A DNA stretch of 64,000 bases, taken from Alphaproteobacteria bacterium (GTDB lineage: Bacteria; Pseudomonadota; Alphaproteobacteria; CALKHQ01). The notes under the pieces were generated by a model. It did not search any database. It saw nothing but the letters and a program-made list of their open reading frames with translations, and was not told where the DNA came from. The position numbers and the translations under genes were made by a program. Shown here piece after piece: positions 49,458-59,432 of the stretch (within the stretch, counting starts at the first letter, position 1; each line of letters opens with the position of its first letter). The stretch spans positions 3,328,001-3,392,000 of the forward strand of contig CBDDFZ010000001.1 in NCBI GenBank assembly GCA_965227515.1, written 5' to 3'.

Positions 49458-50916
49458 CCGCCTCGGCCTCGATCTCGACCAGGTAATCGCCGACCAGGCC
49501 GCCCACCTGCAGCAGCGTGTTGGCCGGCGGGCTCGCCCCGAACACACGCTTGTGCTGCCGGGCGACCGCCTGCCATTGGTTGGCATCGGCCATGTAGATG
49601 CGGGTGCGCACGACGTCTGCCATGTCGCCACCCAGAGCCTCGATGGCGGCGGCGATCTTGTCGAAGATGTAGGTCGCCTGCCCGCCGGCATCGCCGGGAC
49701 ACACGCATTTGCCGGCGGGGTCGGTGGCCGTGGTGCCGCTGACCAGGATGCGGTCGCCATCACGCACCGCACGACTGAAACCGGCCGCGTCCTCCCACTC
49801 CGAGCCGCTGTCGACCGCCAGCCGCGTGGGCACGGCCGGCATGGGCGCGGCAGCATACATGCGCTCGGTCTCGTCCAGATGGTGGCTCAGGTCGCCCGAT
49901 GCGGTCAGGAACGGTGGCTTACGGTACTCGTCGCCGCAATCGCCTGAGATGGGCGTGGTGTCCGCCAACGCGGCGTCGATGGCGGCCCCGTCCTGGTCGT
50001 CAAAGTCGAACGCGAAGGTCCTCAGATTGTCGTCGCGGTGCTGGCGCTCGCCCAGCCGCGCACCGACGATGACGGCAGCGACATGGCTATGGTCCAGCAC
50101 CCAGCGTGTCGCGACGTTGGCAATGGATACGCCATGCCGCCGGGCCACCTGGTCGAGCGCTCGCAACAGCCCCTGGAACGCCGCCCAGCCGCCCGACGCA
50201 TCGACGAAGCGCTTGTACTTCATCTTCGACCAGTCGGCGATGTCGGCCGGCTCCGGCGCGCCGAGCCAGCGGTCGCTGAGGAAGCCGCCGCCCAGCGTGC
50301 CGAACGCCAGCACCTTCACGCCGAGGTCTTGGCAAGCCGCCGCCATCTCGCCTGCGGCGCGCCGGTCGAGCAACGAGAAGCAGACCTGGTTGGTGGCGAT
50401 CTCGATGCCGTTGCGCACCACCATCTCCAGGTGCGCGGTGTCGAAATTGGTCAGTCCGATGTGGCGGATCAGCCCCTCGCCCTTCAGCCGCATCAATTCG
50501 GCAAGCGCGTCGAGGTAGCTCAGATGCTCATATCGCCACCAATGGAACTGCATGACGTCGACGGTGTCGGCCTCCAGCCGGTCGAGCGCGCGGTGCACGC
50601 CATCGCGCACGACGTCCGGCGTCATCGGGCCTGGCGGCGGGCACCACTTGGTCATGATGACCGGTGCCGGCCCACCCCCCTCCGCCAGTAGGCGCGCGGC
50701 ACGCCCGGCAACGATCTCCGCGCTGCCGTAGTGGTCGGCCATGTCGAAGGTATCGAACCCGGCGCGCGCATAGTCCGCCAGGGCGGCGGCGGCCGCATCC
50801 AGGTCGATGGCGCCATTGCGCTCCTGGTCGGCCATCTGCCATAGACCGACGGCCATCCGGCGCAGGCTGAGGTCGGGGGCGATCTGAATGCGGGGTGGTT
50901 GTGTATCGGTCGTCAT
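49441..50916 (-). CDS. Aldo/keto reductase fused to a C-terminal Rid (YjgF/YER057c) domain
   Basis: FDMADHYG, TK, QFHWW, IGLTNF; Rid domain WEDAAGFSRAVR..VSGTT..LVEIEAEA. Confidence 0.88.
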   Translation of the reverse strand: MTTDTQPPRIQIAPDLSLRRMAVGLWQMADQERNGAIDLDAAAAALADYARAGFDTFDMADHYGSAEIVAGRAARLLAEGGGPAPVIMTKWCPPPGPMTPDVVRDGVHRALDRLEADTVDVMQFHWWRYEHLSYLDALAELMRLKGEGLIRHIGLTNFDTAHLEMVVRNGIEIATNQVCFSLLDRRAAGEMAAACQDLGVKVLAFGTLGGGFLSDRWLGAPEPADIADWSKMKYKRFVDASGGWAAFQGLLRALDQVARRHGVSIANVATRWVLDHSHVAAVIVGARLGERQHRDDNLRTFAFDFDDQDGAAIDAALADTTPISGDCGDEYRKPPFLTASGDLSHHLDETERMYAAAPMPAVPTRLAVDSGSEWEDAAGFSRAVRDGDRILVSGTTATDPAGKCVCPGDAGGQATYIFDKIAAAIEALGGDMADVVRTRIYMADANQWQAVARQHKRVFGASPPANTLLQVGGLVGDYLVEIEAEAVVRER

Positions 50917-50960
50917 GCGGCGGGTGATAGCCGATGGCACACGCCTTGGCGAGCCACTAG

Positions 50961-51959
50961 CTAGGGCGACTTGCCCACGGTGTCGGCCACGAACGCACCG
51001 CGCTCGCCGAACGGCTGGTCGCCGCCATCGGTGGAGTCGCGCGTCGTCTGGTGCTCCAGCTCGGAGTTCAGTTCCGCGCCGACCAGCACCACATAGGCCG
51101 ACAACCAGAACCACATCAGCAGAATGACCACGGCGCCCAGCGAGCCATAGGTCTCGTTGTAGCTGGCGAAGTTTCGCACATAGATGGAAAAGCCGACCGA
51201 CCCCACGATCCACAGCAGGGCGGCCAGTGCCGCGCCCCAACTCACCCATTGCCAGCGCGGCTTGGAACGGCTGGGCGCGAAGCGGAAGATGACGCCAAGC
51301 GACAGGATCACGACCGTCAGCAGGATCGGCCAGCGCAGCCAGGTGAGCAACTGCTCCGTCGATTCCGGCAGCAGCAGGTAGTTCAGAGCCACCGGAAGCA
51401 CCGCAATGACGGCCAGGGTCGCCAGGGTGCCGACAATGGCGCACACGGTCAGGACGAAATTGACCACTTGCAGGCGGAAGAAGCTGCGTTTCTCACGCTC
51501 GTTGTAGACGATGTTGAGCCCGCCGATCATCGCGCGCATGCCCTTGGTGGCGCTGTATAGCGCGAGCAACAGGCCGACGACCGCGGCCAGGGTGACGCCG
51601 CCCTGCGAGGACGCTGAGGTCAGGTCGCGCGCCTGCGAGCGGATGATGTCGGCCGCCTCCTCCGGCAACAGGGCGCTGATGTTGGCCAATTGCGCCTCGA
51701 CCTCGGCCGGATCGAACAGCAGCCCCCACAGCGCGATCAGCGCGGCAAGCGCGGGGAATAGGGCCAACAAGGCATAGAACGCGATGCCGGCGGCGATGAT
51801 GCCGAGATTGTCGTGGCCTATGGACTTCCAGGTCCGGATCAGCACATCGCGCCAGCCGGCCTTTGGCACGTCCCGCGGGCGTTGGGCCTGTCGCCCACGG
51901 TCCTCGGTCTCCTCGGCCAATTTCCGTGCATCCGCCGTCTGTTTGGTCTCGGTCCGCAA
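50961..51959 (-). CDS. YihY/BrkB-family membrane protein
   Basis: AAGIAFYALLALFP, YNETYGSLGAVVILLMW, GAELN. Confidence 0.9.
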   Translation of the reverse strand: MRTETKQTADARKLAEETEDRGRQAQRPRDVPKAGWRDVLIRTWKSIGHDNLGIIAAGIAFYALLALFPALAALIALWGLLFDPAEVEAQLANISALLPEEAADIIRSQARDLTSASSQGGVTLAAVVGLLLALYSATKGMRAMIGGLNIVYNEREKRSFFRLQVVNFVLTVCAIVGTLATLAVIAVLPVALNYLLLPESTEQLLTWLRWPILLTVVILSLGVIFRFAPSRSKPRWQWVSWGAALAALLWIVGSVGFSIYVRNFASYNETYGSLGAVVILLMWFWLSAYVVLVGAELNSELEHQTTRDSTDGGDQPFGERGAFVADTVGKSP

Positions 51960-52038
51960 GAATCGCCTCCATGCCGCGCACAGAATGTGCCCTCTACGGT
52001 CAACGCATGGAACGGCGTCTTGTTGCGTGTAGCTGCAT

Positions 52039-53292
52039 CTAGGCCGGGGTCGCGACCGCTGCCAATGCGCGGTCACGGGCCCGTTTCAACAGGAACAACG
52101 TGATCGCGATGTTCATGATGTTGAAGGCGATCGCGGCGACGAACGACATGGTGTAGTCGCCGGTCAGGTCAAACAGCTCGCCGCCCATCCAGCCGCCGAT
52201 GGCCATGCCGATGATGGTGAACAGGAGCGCCAGTCCGATACGCCACCCAGCCTCGCCGGCCGGGAAGAACGTCCGGATGATGATGGCGTAGGACGGTACG
52301 ATGCCGCCCTGGGCCAGGCCGAACGCGATGGAGACGATGTAGAACGAGGTCAGGCTGTCGGCGAACAGGAACATCGTCAGCACCGTCGCCTGCAGCGCGC
52401 CGCCCAGCAGCAATGTGCGCAGCCCGCCGATGCGGTCGGAAATCCAGCCCGACACCAGTCGGCTGACGATGCCGAAACCGAGCATCAGCGACAGCATCTC
52501 CGCACCCCGCGCGGCGGCGTGGCCAAGATCGGTCATGTAGGCGACGATGTGGACCTGGGGCACGGCCATGGCCGCGCAACAGCCGATGCCGGCGGCGCAG
52601 ATCGCGCATTGCAAGGCGCCCGGGCTGACCCCCAGACCCTGGCGCGGCGACGCGTACTCCACTTGCACGGCGCCGGGCCGCTGATTGGGCGGGCGGCGCC
52701 AGAACAACAGGCCGACCAGGGGGATCGCGATCAGCACGAAGATGCCGACGTCGTAGAAGGCATCGCGCCAGCCGCCGTCGTCGATCATGTCCTGGACGAT
52801 GGGCGGCCACACCGCCCCGCCGACATAGGACCCGCTGATGACGAAGCCGACCGCCAGCCCCCGCCGTCGGGTGAACCAGTGCGAGGAATCGGCCACTACC
52901 GGCGCGAACGTGGCGGACGCGCCGCAGAACCCGCACAACAGGCCGACGGCGGCGGCGTACTCCCACAGCGAGGTCGCGCCCGACGCCACCACGAACCCGG
53001 CCGCCAGCCCGACCGCGCCGATGACGAGCGGCACCAGGATGCCGATCTTGTCGGCCATCCGGCCGAAGACGATGCCGCCGACGCCGAAGCCGAGCATGAA
53101 CAGAGTGTAGGTGAACGAAGCCGTGCCCCGGCTGACGTCGAACGTCGCCGCCACCGGCTTGATGGCGACGATGGTGGCGTACATGCCGGCCCCGCCGATG
53201 GTCATCGCCGCCAGTGCGGCGACGATGCGCACAATCGGGTAGACGGGTATGGGTTCGTTGCGGTTCAGCGGTTGCATCGGCGCATGTGACAT
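52039..53292 (-). CDS. MFS transporter
   Basis: About 12 TM segments; GRMADKIG, GWISDRIG. Confidence 0.9.
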   Translation of the reverse strand: MSHAPMQPLNRNEPIPVYPIVRIVAALAAMTIGGAGMYATIVAIKPVAATFDVSRGTASFTYTLFMLGFGVGGIVFGRMADKIGILVPLVIGAVGLAAGFVVASGATSLWEYAAAVGLLCGFCGASATFAPVVADSSHWFTRRRGLAVGFVISGSYVGGAVWPPIVQDMIDDGGWRDAFYDVGIFVLIAIPLVGLLFWRRPPNQRPGAVQVEYASPRQGLGVSPGALQCAICAAGIGCCAAMAVPQVHIVAYMTDLGHAAARGAEMLSLMLGFGIVSRLVSGWISDRIGGLRTLLLGGALQATVLTMFLFADSLTSFYIVSIAFGLAQGGIVPSYAIIIRTFFPAGEAGWRIGLALLFTIIGMAIGGWMGGELFDLTGDYTMSFVAAIAFNIMNIAITLFLLKRARDRALAAVATPA

Positions 53293-53366
53293 GGCGCCGA
53301 CTGCCTACGCAATGTGCAACTTTGGCAGCCCTGCCGAATCTGCGGCGCCGGTCAGGCGGGCGACAC

Positions 53367-53807
53367 TCAAGCAGGCGACGGGCGCATCCTGCCGATCATC
53401 TCCACGACCAGCATCCCGGCCGCCATGGCTGCCAGGAATATCAGCACCTGCGTGCCGCCCAGCGTGATGGCGGAGATCGCCGGTCCGGGGCACAGCCCGA
53501 CCAAGCCCCAGCCGATGCCGAACAACAAGGCACCGCCCATCAGCCGGCCGTCGATGTCGCGCTTGGTCGGCAGATGGAACTGGGCCGCGAGCACCGGTGC
53601 CGGGCGCGCGTGGACGACCCTATAGCCGACCGCCGCCACCACCAGCGCAGCACCCATCACGAACGCCAGCGACGGGTCCCAATTGCCGAAGATGTCCAGG
53701 AAAGACAGCACCTTGGCCGGGTTGACCATCTGCGAGACGGTGAGGCCGACACCGAAGATCAGGCCGGCCACCAGGCCGACCAGCGCGCCCAAGTAGGTCT
53801 GTCTCAC
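53367..53807 (-). CDS. YeeE/YedE-family sulfur transport membrane protein (second half)
   Basis: PAKVLSFLD..WDPSL, FGIGWGLVGLCPGP. Confidence 0.88.
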   Translation of the reverse strand: MRQTYLGALVGLVAGLIFGVGLTVSQMVNPAKVLSFLDIFGNWDPSLAFVMGAALVVAAVGYRVVHARPAPVLAAQFHLPTKRDIDGRLMGGALLFGIGWGLVGLCPGPAISAITLGGTQVLIFLAAMAAGMLVVEMIGRMRPSPA

Positions 53808-54235
53808 ATCAGCCCCCTGATCACGGCAACGGTGGCGATGCCCGCGACCATGAACGCCATGGTGGCGGCGATGGAGCGTGGGGAGAAGCGGGCGATGCCG
53901 CAGACGCCATGGCCGCTGGTGCAGCCTCCGCCCAGTCGGGTGCCGATACCGACCAGCAGACCGCCCGCCACCAGCAAACCGACATTGTCCTGGATGGCGA
54001 ACGGGATCGGGTCGGCCAGGAACAGGCCGTAGACGACCGGGCCCGCGACCAGGCCGACAACGAACAGGATGCGCCAGATCCGGTCGGTGCCATCGGCGAA
54101 CGCCATGCCCGCGAAAATACCGCTGATGCCGGCGACCCGGCCGTTCAGCGCCATCAGCATCACGGCGGACAATCCAATCAGCGCACCGCCGATCGCCGCC
54201 GACAAGGGTGTGAAGTTCTCCACTTCCATCTCCAT
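53804..54235 (-). CDS. YeeE/YedE-family sulfur transport membrane protein (first half)
   Basis: GGALIG..GRVAGISG, GCTSGHGVCG. Confidence 0.88.
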   Translation of the reverse strand: MEMEVENFTPLSAAIGGALIGLSAVMLMALNGRVAGISGIFAGMAFADGTDRIWRILFVVGLVAGPVVYGLFLADPIPFAIQDNVGLLVAGGLLVGIGTRLGGGCTSGHGVCGIARFSPRSIAATMAFMVAGIATVAVIRGLM

Positions 54236-54431
54236 ACAAGGGCCCCCGGACGGCGCGCATAGACCGCTCGCCCGGGCAGATCTTGACCACAGCATATGCG
54301 CAGCGGTTTGCAAGTCTTTGTAACCTAGGTCACACTTCTGCGGCGCGGTCGGCCGCAACGTCATGGCCACCGCAATAACGGTGCGTCCCCTGACAACGAA
54401 AGCACCGAGGCACCGATCGGAGGAGAAGTTC

Positions 54432-55652
54432 ATGCGCAGATCGATTACGGGCATCGCGCTGTTCGCGGGCATGGCGTTTGGCGCCGCCCAGGCCCAGGCG
54501 GAATCGACCGTCCGCTTTTGGTACCACTTCGACAACCCGGACAACCCGATGACCGATCTGGTCGCGGAGTTCGAGGCGGCCCATCCCGACATCACGATCG
54601 AGGCCGAGAACATTCCGTGGAACAGCTATTACGACAATCTCTACAACGCGATCATCGCCGGCGACGCGCCGGACGCCGCGATGGTGAAGATGTTCGCGCA
54701 GCCCCGCCTGATCGAGATGGGCGCGCTGGAGCCGATCGGCGACCGGATCGACGGTTGGGCCGGCAAGGACGACATCCCCAATGACCTGTTCACGCTGACC
54801 CAGTCGGCGGACGGCGGCAGCTACTACCTGCCGGTGCAGTACGTGGTGCTCTATCTCTACTACCGCGTCGATATGTTCGAGGAACTGGGCCTTGCGCCGC
54901 CCACGACCTGTGACGAGTTCCGGGCCGCCGCCCAGGCGCTGACCCGCGACACCGATGGCGACGGGCGCACCGACGTCTATGGTTTCGGCTTCCGTGGCGG
55001 CCGCGGCGGCCACGACCATTGGGCGAGCCTGGTGCTGTCGCGCGACGGCGTCGGCTTCGGGCCGGGCGAGATGACCAATGATGCGGCCGTCGCCGGCACC
55101 CAGTTCGTGGTCGACCTGTTCCGCGAGGATGGTGTTTTCCCGCCGTCCGCGCCCAATGACGGCTTCCAGGAGATTATCGGTGCCTTCCAGGCCGGCGTGA
55201 CCGCGATGACCATTCACCACATCGGCTCGTCGGCCGGCATGGTCGAAGCGCTGGGCGACAACGTGTCGGCGGTGCCGGTGCCGGAATGTGGCGGCGGCCA
55301 CTGGACGGCGTTCGGCGACGAGTCGACGGCGGTGCTGTCCTCGGCTTCCGACAAGGACGCGGCCTGGGAGTGGATCGCCTTCCTGTCCTCCGCCGGCGCC
55401 AACGCCAGGTTCAACGAGGCCACCGGCCAGCTTCCGGTCACCAAGACCGACAGCGACGCCTGGGACCTGCACGAGACCCGGTTCGTGGAGGCGACCGTCG
55501 CCTCTCTGCCCTATGCACGGCTGCTGCCGAACGTGTCGCAGACTTCGGACTTCGTCAGCACCGCATGGCCGGTGAACATGCAACGCGCGCTGACCGGCGA
55601 GATCACGGCCGCCGAAATGAATGCGGAGATCGACGCGCTGTATAACGAGTAG
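54432..55652 (+). CDS. Sugar ABC solute-binding protein
   Basis: Signal peptide; FEAAHPDI, YYRVDMF..PPTT. Confidence 0.9.
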   Translation: MRRSITGIALFAGMAFGAAQAQAESTVRFWYHFDNPDNPMTDLVAEFEAAHPDITIEAENIPWNSYYDNLYNAIIAGDAPDAAMVKMFAQPRLIEMGALEPIGDRIDGWAGKDDIPNDLFTLTQSADGGSYYLPVQYVVLYLYYRVDMFEELGLAPPTTCDEFRAAAQALTRDTDGDGRTDVYGFGFRGGRGGHDHWASLVLSRDGVGFGPGEMTNDAAVAGTQFVVDLFREDGVFPPSAPNDGFQEIIGAFQAGVTAMTIHHIGSSAGMVEALGDNVSAVPVPECGGGHWTAFGDESTAVLSSASDKDAAWEWIAFLSSAGANARFNEATGQLPVTKTDSDAWDLHETRFVEATVASLPYARLLPNVSQTSDFVSTAWPVNMQRALTGEITAAEMNAEIDALYNE

Positions 55653-55666
55653 CGCCAAGTCCATCC

Positions 55667-55848
55667 TGTCGCCCTCGCCCTTGTGGCGAGGGCCCATTCC
55701 GTTCGCGGTCTCGTTCGGCGTTACTCTGCATGTGCGCAGATGATCGCGGGCGCTGTGTAATGCGCGCCTCGACCTGTCAAATATCCCTCGCAGCTGATTG
55801 GCGTATCGGCCAAAAATGGGTCCTCGCCACAAGGGCGAGGACGACAAT
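55667..55848. repeat. REP doublet, family A copy 3
   Basis: TGTCGCCCTCGCCCTTGTGGCGAGGGCCCATT..AATGGGTCCTCGCCACAAGGGCGAGGACGACAAT. Confidence 0.88.
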
Positions 55849-55860
55849 GAAGTGATTCAG

Positions 55861-56787
55861 ATGGCGGAAACGACCCACATCTACGTGAAGCCGCCAACTG
55901 CATCGACCCGTCCCCCGCTCGGGCAGATCGTGCTGCCGTATGCGCTGTTGTCGCCGGCGGTGCTGGTGACGCTCACCATCGTGTTCCTGCCGATGTTGCA
56001 GGCCGGGTGGATGAGCCTGCACGACTATGTGCTGTTTCGGCCCAACGACATCGACTTCGTCTGGTTCGACAACTTCATCGCCGCCCTGGGCGACGAGGTG
56101 TTCTGGATCTCGGCATGGCACACGCTGATCTGGATCGGCCTTACGGTGCCGCTGCAGATGCTGCTGGGGCTGGCAACCGCGCTGCTGCTGAACCAGCGCT
56201 TCTGGTGGCGGCCGATCGCCCGCGCCCTGGTGATCATCCCGTGGGCGCTGCCCAGCGTGGTCATCGCGCTGATGTGGACCTGGCTTTATGACGCCAATTA
56301 CGGCGTGCTGAACGAGTTCCTGCTGCGGTTCGACCTGGTGCAGGACACGGTGCCCTGGCTGGCCGACCCGGACACCGCGCTCTATGCCATCGTGCTGACG
56401 CTCACCTGGCAGGGCTTCCCGTTCTTCGCGGTGATGATCTTGGCCGGGCTCCAGTCCATTCCCGCCACATATTACGAGGCCGCGGCCATCGACGGTGCTG
56501 GGCCGTGGCGGAAGTTCTGGCACATCACCCTGCCCGGCATCTCCGGCGTGCTGATGACGGCGGTGCTGCTGCGGGTGATCTGGGTCGCCAACTCCATCGA
56601 CGTCATCTTCGTGATGACCGAAGGCGGCCCCGGCTACGCCACCTACACGCTGCCGCTCTATGCCTTCATCAAGGCGCGCGCCAACCAGGACTACGGCTAC
56701 GGCTCCGCGCTGGCGGTGATGTTCACCCTGCTGCTGATCGCCTTCGTGGTGCTCTATCTGCGCCGTGCCGGGCGGTCGATACGATGA
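55861..56787 (+). CDS. Carbohydrate ABC permease
   Basis: YEAAAIDGA; MTEGGP. Confidence 0.92.
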   Translation: MAETTHIYVKPPTASTRPPLGQIVLPYALLSPAVLVTLTIVFLPMLQAGWMSLHDYVLFRPNDIDFVWFDNFIAALGDEVFWISAWHTLIWIGLTVPLQMLLGLATALLLNQRFWWRPIARALVIIPWALPSVVIALMWTWLYDANYGVLNEFLLRFDLVQDTVPWLADPDTALYAIVLTLTWQGFPFFAVMILAGLQSIPATYYEAAAIDGAGPWRKFWHITLPGISGVLMTAVLLRVIWVANSIDVIFVMTEGGPGYATYTLPLYAFIKARANQDYGYGSALAVMFTLLLIAFVVLYLRRAGRSIR

Positions 56788-57617
56788 TGCATCGCCCGAG
56801 CGCCATGGCCCTGCGGCTGGTGACCATTCACCTGCCGATGCTGCTGATCCTCGGCTTCACCCTGGGGCCGTACCTGTGGATGGCGCTGACCTCGATCACC
56901 CCGAAGCAGCAGCTGTTCACCGCGGGGCCGTCGCTGATCGGCGCCACGCTGGAGCACTACGACCGGCTGTTCCGCACCGTGGGGTTCGAGGTCAACCTGA
57001 TGCACAGCGCCATCATCGCCGGCGGCACCGTGGTGGTCGGCCTGACGCTGAGCGTGACAGCGGCCTACGCCTTCTCGCGGTTCCGGTTCCCGGGGCGGCG
57101 CCTGCTGCTGTTGCAGTTCCTGCTGATCAATATGTTCCCGCTGGTACTGTTGATCCTGCCGTTGTTCGTGCTGATGCGCACGCTGGACCTTAACGGCACC
57201 CATGTCGGCCTGATCATCGCCAACGCGACCATCGCCATCCCGTTCTCGGTGTGGATGATGACAAGCTATATCAACAACATACCGACCGATCTTGATGAAG
57301 CGGCGATGACCGACGGCTGCACCCGGCTGGGCGCGCTGAGGCGGGTGATCCTGCCGCTCGCCATGCCCGGCATCGTCGCCACCGGCATCTACATCTTCAT
57401 CACCGCCTGGAACGAGTACCTCTATGCGCTGACCCTCGGCAGCTCCAACGTGCGGCCGATCACCGTCGCGATCCAGACCCTGGTCGGCGAATACAGCATC
57501 GAATGGGGGCTGCTGTCGGCCGGCGGCATCGTCGGCGCGATGCCGGCGACCGTGCTGTTCCTGCTGATCCAGAAGCGGTTGATCTCCGGCCTCACCCAGG
57601 GCGCGGTGAAGGGTTAG
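56784..57617 (+). CDS. Carbohydrate ABC permease
   Basis: [10 protein letters not shown]; WNEYLYAL; GLTQGAVKG. Confidence 0.92.
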   Translation: MMHRPSAMALRLVTIHLPMLLILGFTLGPYLWMALTSITPKQQLFTAGPSLIGATLEHYDRLFRTVGFEVNLMHSAIIAGGTVVVGLTLSVTAAYAFSRFRFPGRRLLLLQFLLINMFPLVLLILPLFVLMRTLDLNGTHVGLIIANATIAIPFSVWMMTSYINNIPTDLDEAAMTDGCTRLGALRRVILPLAMPGIVATGIYIFITAWNEYLYALTLGSSNVRPITVAIQTLVGEYSIEWGLLSAGGIVGAMPATVLFLLIQKRLISGLTQGAVKG

Positions 57618-57632
57618 ATTCGGAGTAGAAGG

Positions 57633-58007
57633 GTGCCTGATCCATCCAACGCGGCTGTCGAGCGCGCCCGTTTGCTTCGCCGCCAAGCCACGGACGCCGA
57701 GCGCCTGCTGTGGCGTCATCTGCGAAACCGCGGGGTGGCCAAAGCCAAATTCCGGCGCCAGGTTCCCATCGCCGGAATTACGGTGGACTTCGCCGATATT
57801 GAGCACCGCATCGCTGTCGAGGTGGATGGCGGACAGCATGCCAAGCGCAATCGGCAGGATCAGGTGCGCGACACCCTGCTGCGGGACCGTGGTTTCCTGG
57901 TGCTGCGGTTCTGGAACAACGAGGTGCTGGCCAATATTGAAGGCGTCACACGCCGGATTGCCGAGGCTGTGGAGCGCAGAGAAGGCCCCTCACCCTCCCA
58001 GACCTGA
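57633..58007 (+). CDS. DUF559 (Vsr-like) endonuclease
   Basis: ARLLRR.ATDAERLLW..FRRQ..VDF..EVDGGQH..D..RD..VLRFWNNEV. Confidence 0.9.
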   Translation: MPDPSNAAVERARLLRRQATDAERLLWRHLRNRGVAKAKFRRQVPIAGITVDFADIEHRIAVEVDGGQHAKRNRQDQVRDTLLRDRGFLVLRFWNNEVLANIEGVTRRIAEAVERREGPSPSQT

Positions 58008-58126
58008 CAGGTCTGGGTCCCTCCCTCTCCCACAGGGAGAGGGATATTGATGGCGCGCCGGATACCCCTCTCCCTGTGGGAGAGGGAGGGGCCCGGCCGG
58101 CACAAGCCGGACGGGAGGGTGAGGGG
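57986..58126. repeat. CCCTCTCCC-type palindromic doublet overlapping the DUF559 3' end
   Basis: CCCCTCACCCT-[hairpin]-CCCTCCCTCTCCCACAGGGAGAGGG (57986-58043) and an inverted copy (58065-58126). Confidence 0.88.
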
Positions 58127-58133
58127 AAATCCC

Positions 58134-59432
58134 TCAGTCCGGCAGGAAGTCCTTCAGGTCGACGTCGGCCAGGTTCTTCGGCATCGCGCGTTCGAAGACG
58201 GCGCGGTTCTCCGGCTGGGTCAGCGGCGGCATGGTGGAGTCCACGAACCACTTGGTGACCGCACGGCTCTGCCCCTCGCCCGCTTTGTCGGCCGATGTCG
58301 CGGCCATGCCGGCGATGGTGCCGACATCAACTTCGCCGTGCAGGCGGCTTGCCGTCGACCAGATCACGTCGCGCAGATCGTGGACGTTGATGTCCTCGTC
58401 GACGCCGAACGCCACGTCCGGGCCGAGATTGGTGGACGCCAGTGCCGCCATCAGGGCGGTCTTCGACTGGCCGCCGATGCGGGGCCGGATTTTGCAGGCC
58501 GCCAGCCGGTTACCCGTCTCCGGGTAGACCACGACATCGAGCACATCGACGCCGCCCTCGACCATGCCGATGTGGCGGTGAAGCGCAATTTCCATCGCTA
58601 GGGCCTCGACGGACAGCAATTCGCGCGACCGGTCGGCACCGCCAAACAGGTGAAGAACCTGCGCCTCTCGGGCGCACGCGCCATGGATGGTCAGGATGGC
58701 ACGGGCGCCGTCGTCCGCAGCCGACAACACGCCATAGGCCGCCGCCTCGGCATCGGCCGGTATGGGCGGTGCGTCGTTGGACGGCACCACGCACGCCAGG
58801 CCCTCGCCGTCCAGACCACCTGCCATCGCATAAGCATCGCCGCTGATGGCCCCCGCCAATCCACCGGCCAGCAGCGCCGCCGGTGGTGCGCCCAGAACGA
58901 ACGCTGCCGGACGGCCATCGGCCACAGCGGCGGCAACCGCCTTGCGGGCGCGCCAGGGGATCGGTCCAAGGCGCACGCCGTCGCCGCCCACGCTCTCGAT
59001 GGTTGTCAGCGCCAATGCCGGCGCCTCACTGCCGGAGCCGGCAATAACCAGCAGTCCGGCCATGCCCGCAGGCATCGGTTCGAGCGGCCGCTCGCTGCGG
59101 CGCGCCGCAACAGGTGCATCGGCCGCGGCCACGGTCACGGGCTCATGCAGGCTGGCCAGTCGCTCGGCCAGTTCCCCCGGCAGGCCATCCGCCTGACCGC
59201 CCAGCGCCGCCGCCAATCGCGCGCGACCCGCATAGACGTTGGCCAGGGCCGTCCCCTGCCCCGCCACATCGCCGAAGCGGGCGGCCTTGTCCATGCGGTG
59301 GTCGATAGCCGCGCCCACCTGCGCGGCTTCGCTGAGATCCGCCACCGGTTTGCGGACCTCGGCCAGCAGCTCGGCGGCATCCAGCCGCTCGGCCGCCGCG
59401 CGCAGGTCCTTGGCCGTGCCGTCGCCCGCCAT
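58134..59432 (-). CDS. Degenerate UbiD-like protein (catalytic motifs absent)
   Basis: DLRAAAERL, IPADAE, FGVDEDINVHDLRDVIW, WFVDST; no EGPFGE; TGATG-coupled to the upstream UbiD. Confidence 0.75.
   Translation of the reverse strand: MAGDGTAKDLRAAAERLDAAELLAEVRKPVADLSEAAQVGAAIDHRMDKAARFGDVAGQGTALANVYAGRARLAAALGGQADGLPGELAERLASLHEPVTVAAADAPVAARRSERPLEPMPAGMAGLLVIAGSGSEAPALALTTIESVGGDGVRLGPIPWRARKAVAAAVADGRPAAFVLGAPPAALLAGGLAGAISGDAYAMAGGLDGEGLACVVPSNDAPPIPADAEAAAYGVLSAADDGARAILTIHGACAREAQVLHLFGGADRSRELLSVEALAMEIALHRHIGMVEGGVDVLDVVVYPETGNRLAACKIRPRIGGQSKTALMAALASTNLGPDVAFGVDEDINVHDLRDVIWSTASRLHGEVDVGTIAGMAATSADKAGEGQSRAVTKWFVDSTMPPLTQPENRAVFERAMPKNLADVDLKDFLPD

Noticed and set aside
49458-49856. 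Rid-NAD kinase fusion suggested by the 509-aa ORF
   Set aside because: The Rid domain is in the AKR frame; kinase homology begins near 49457.
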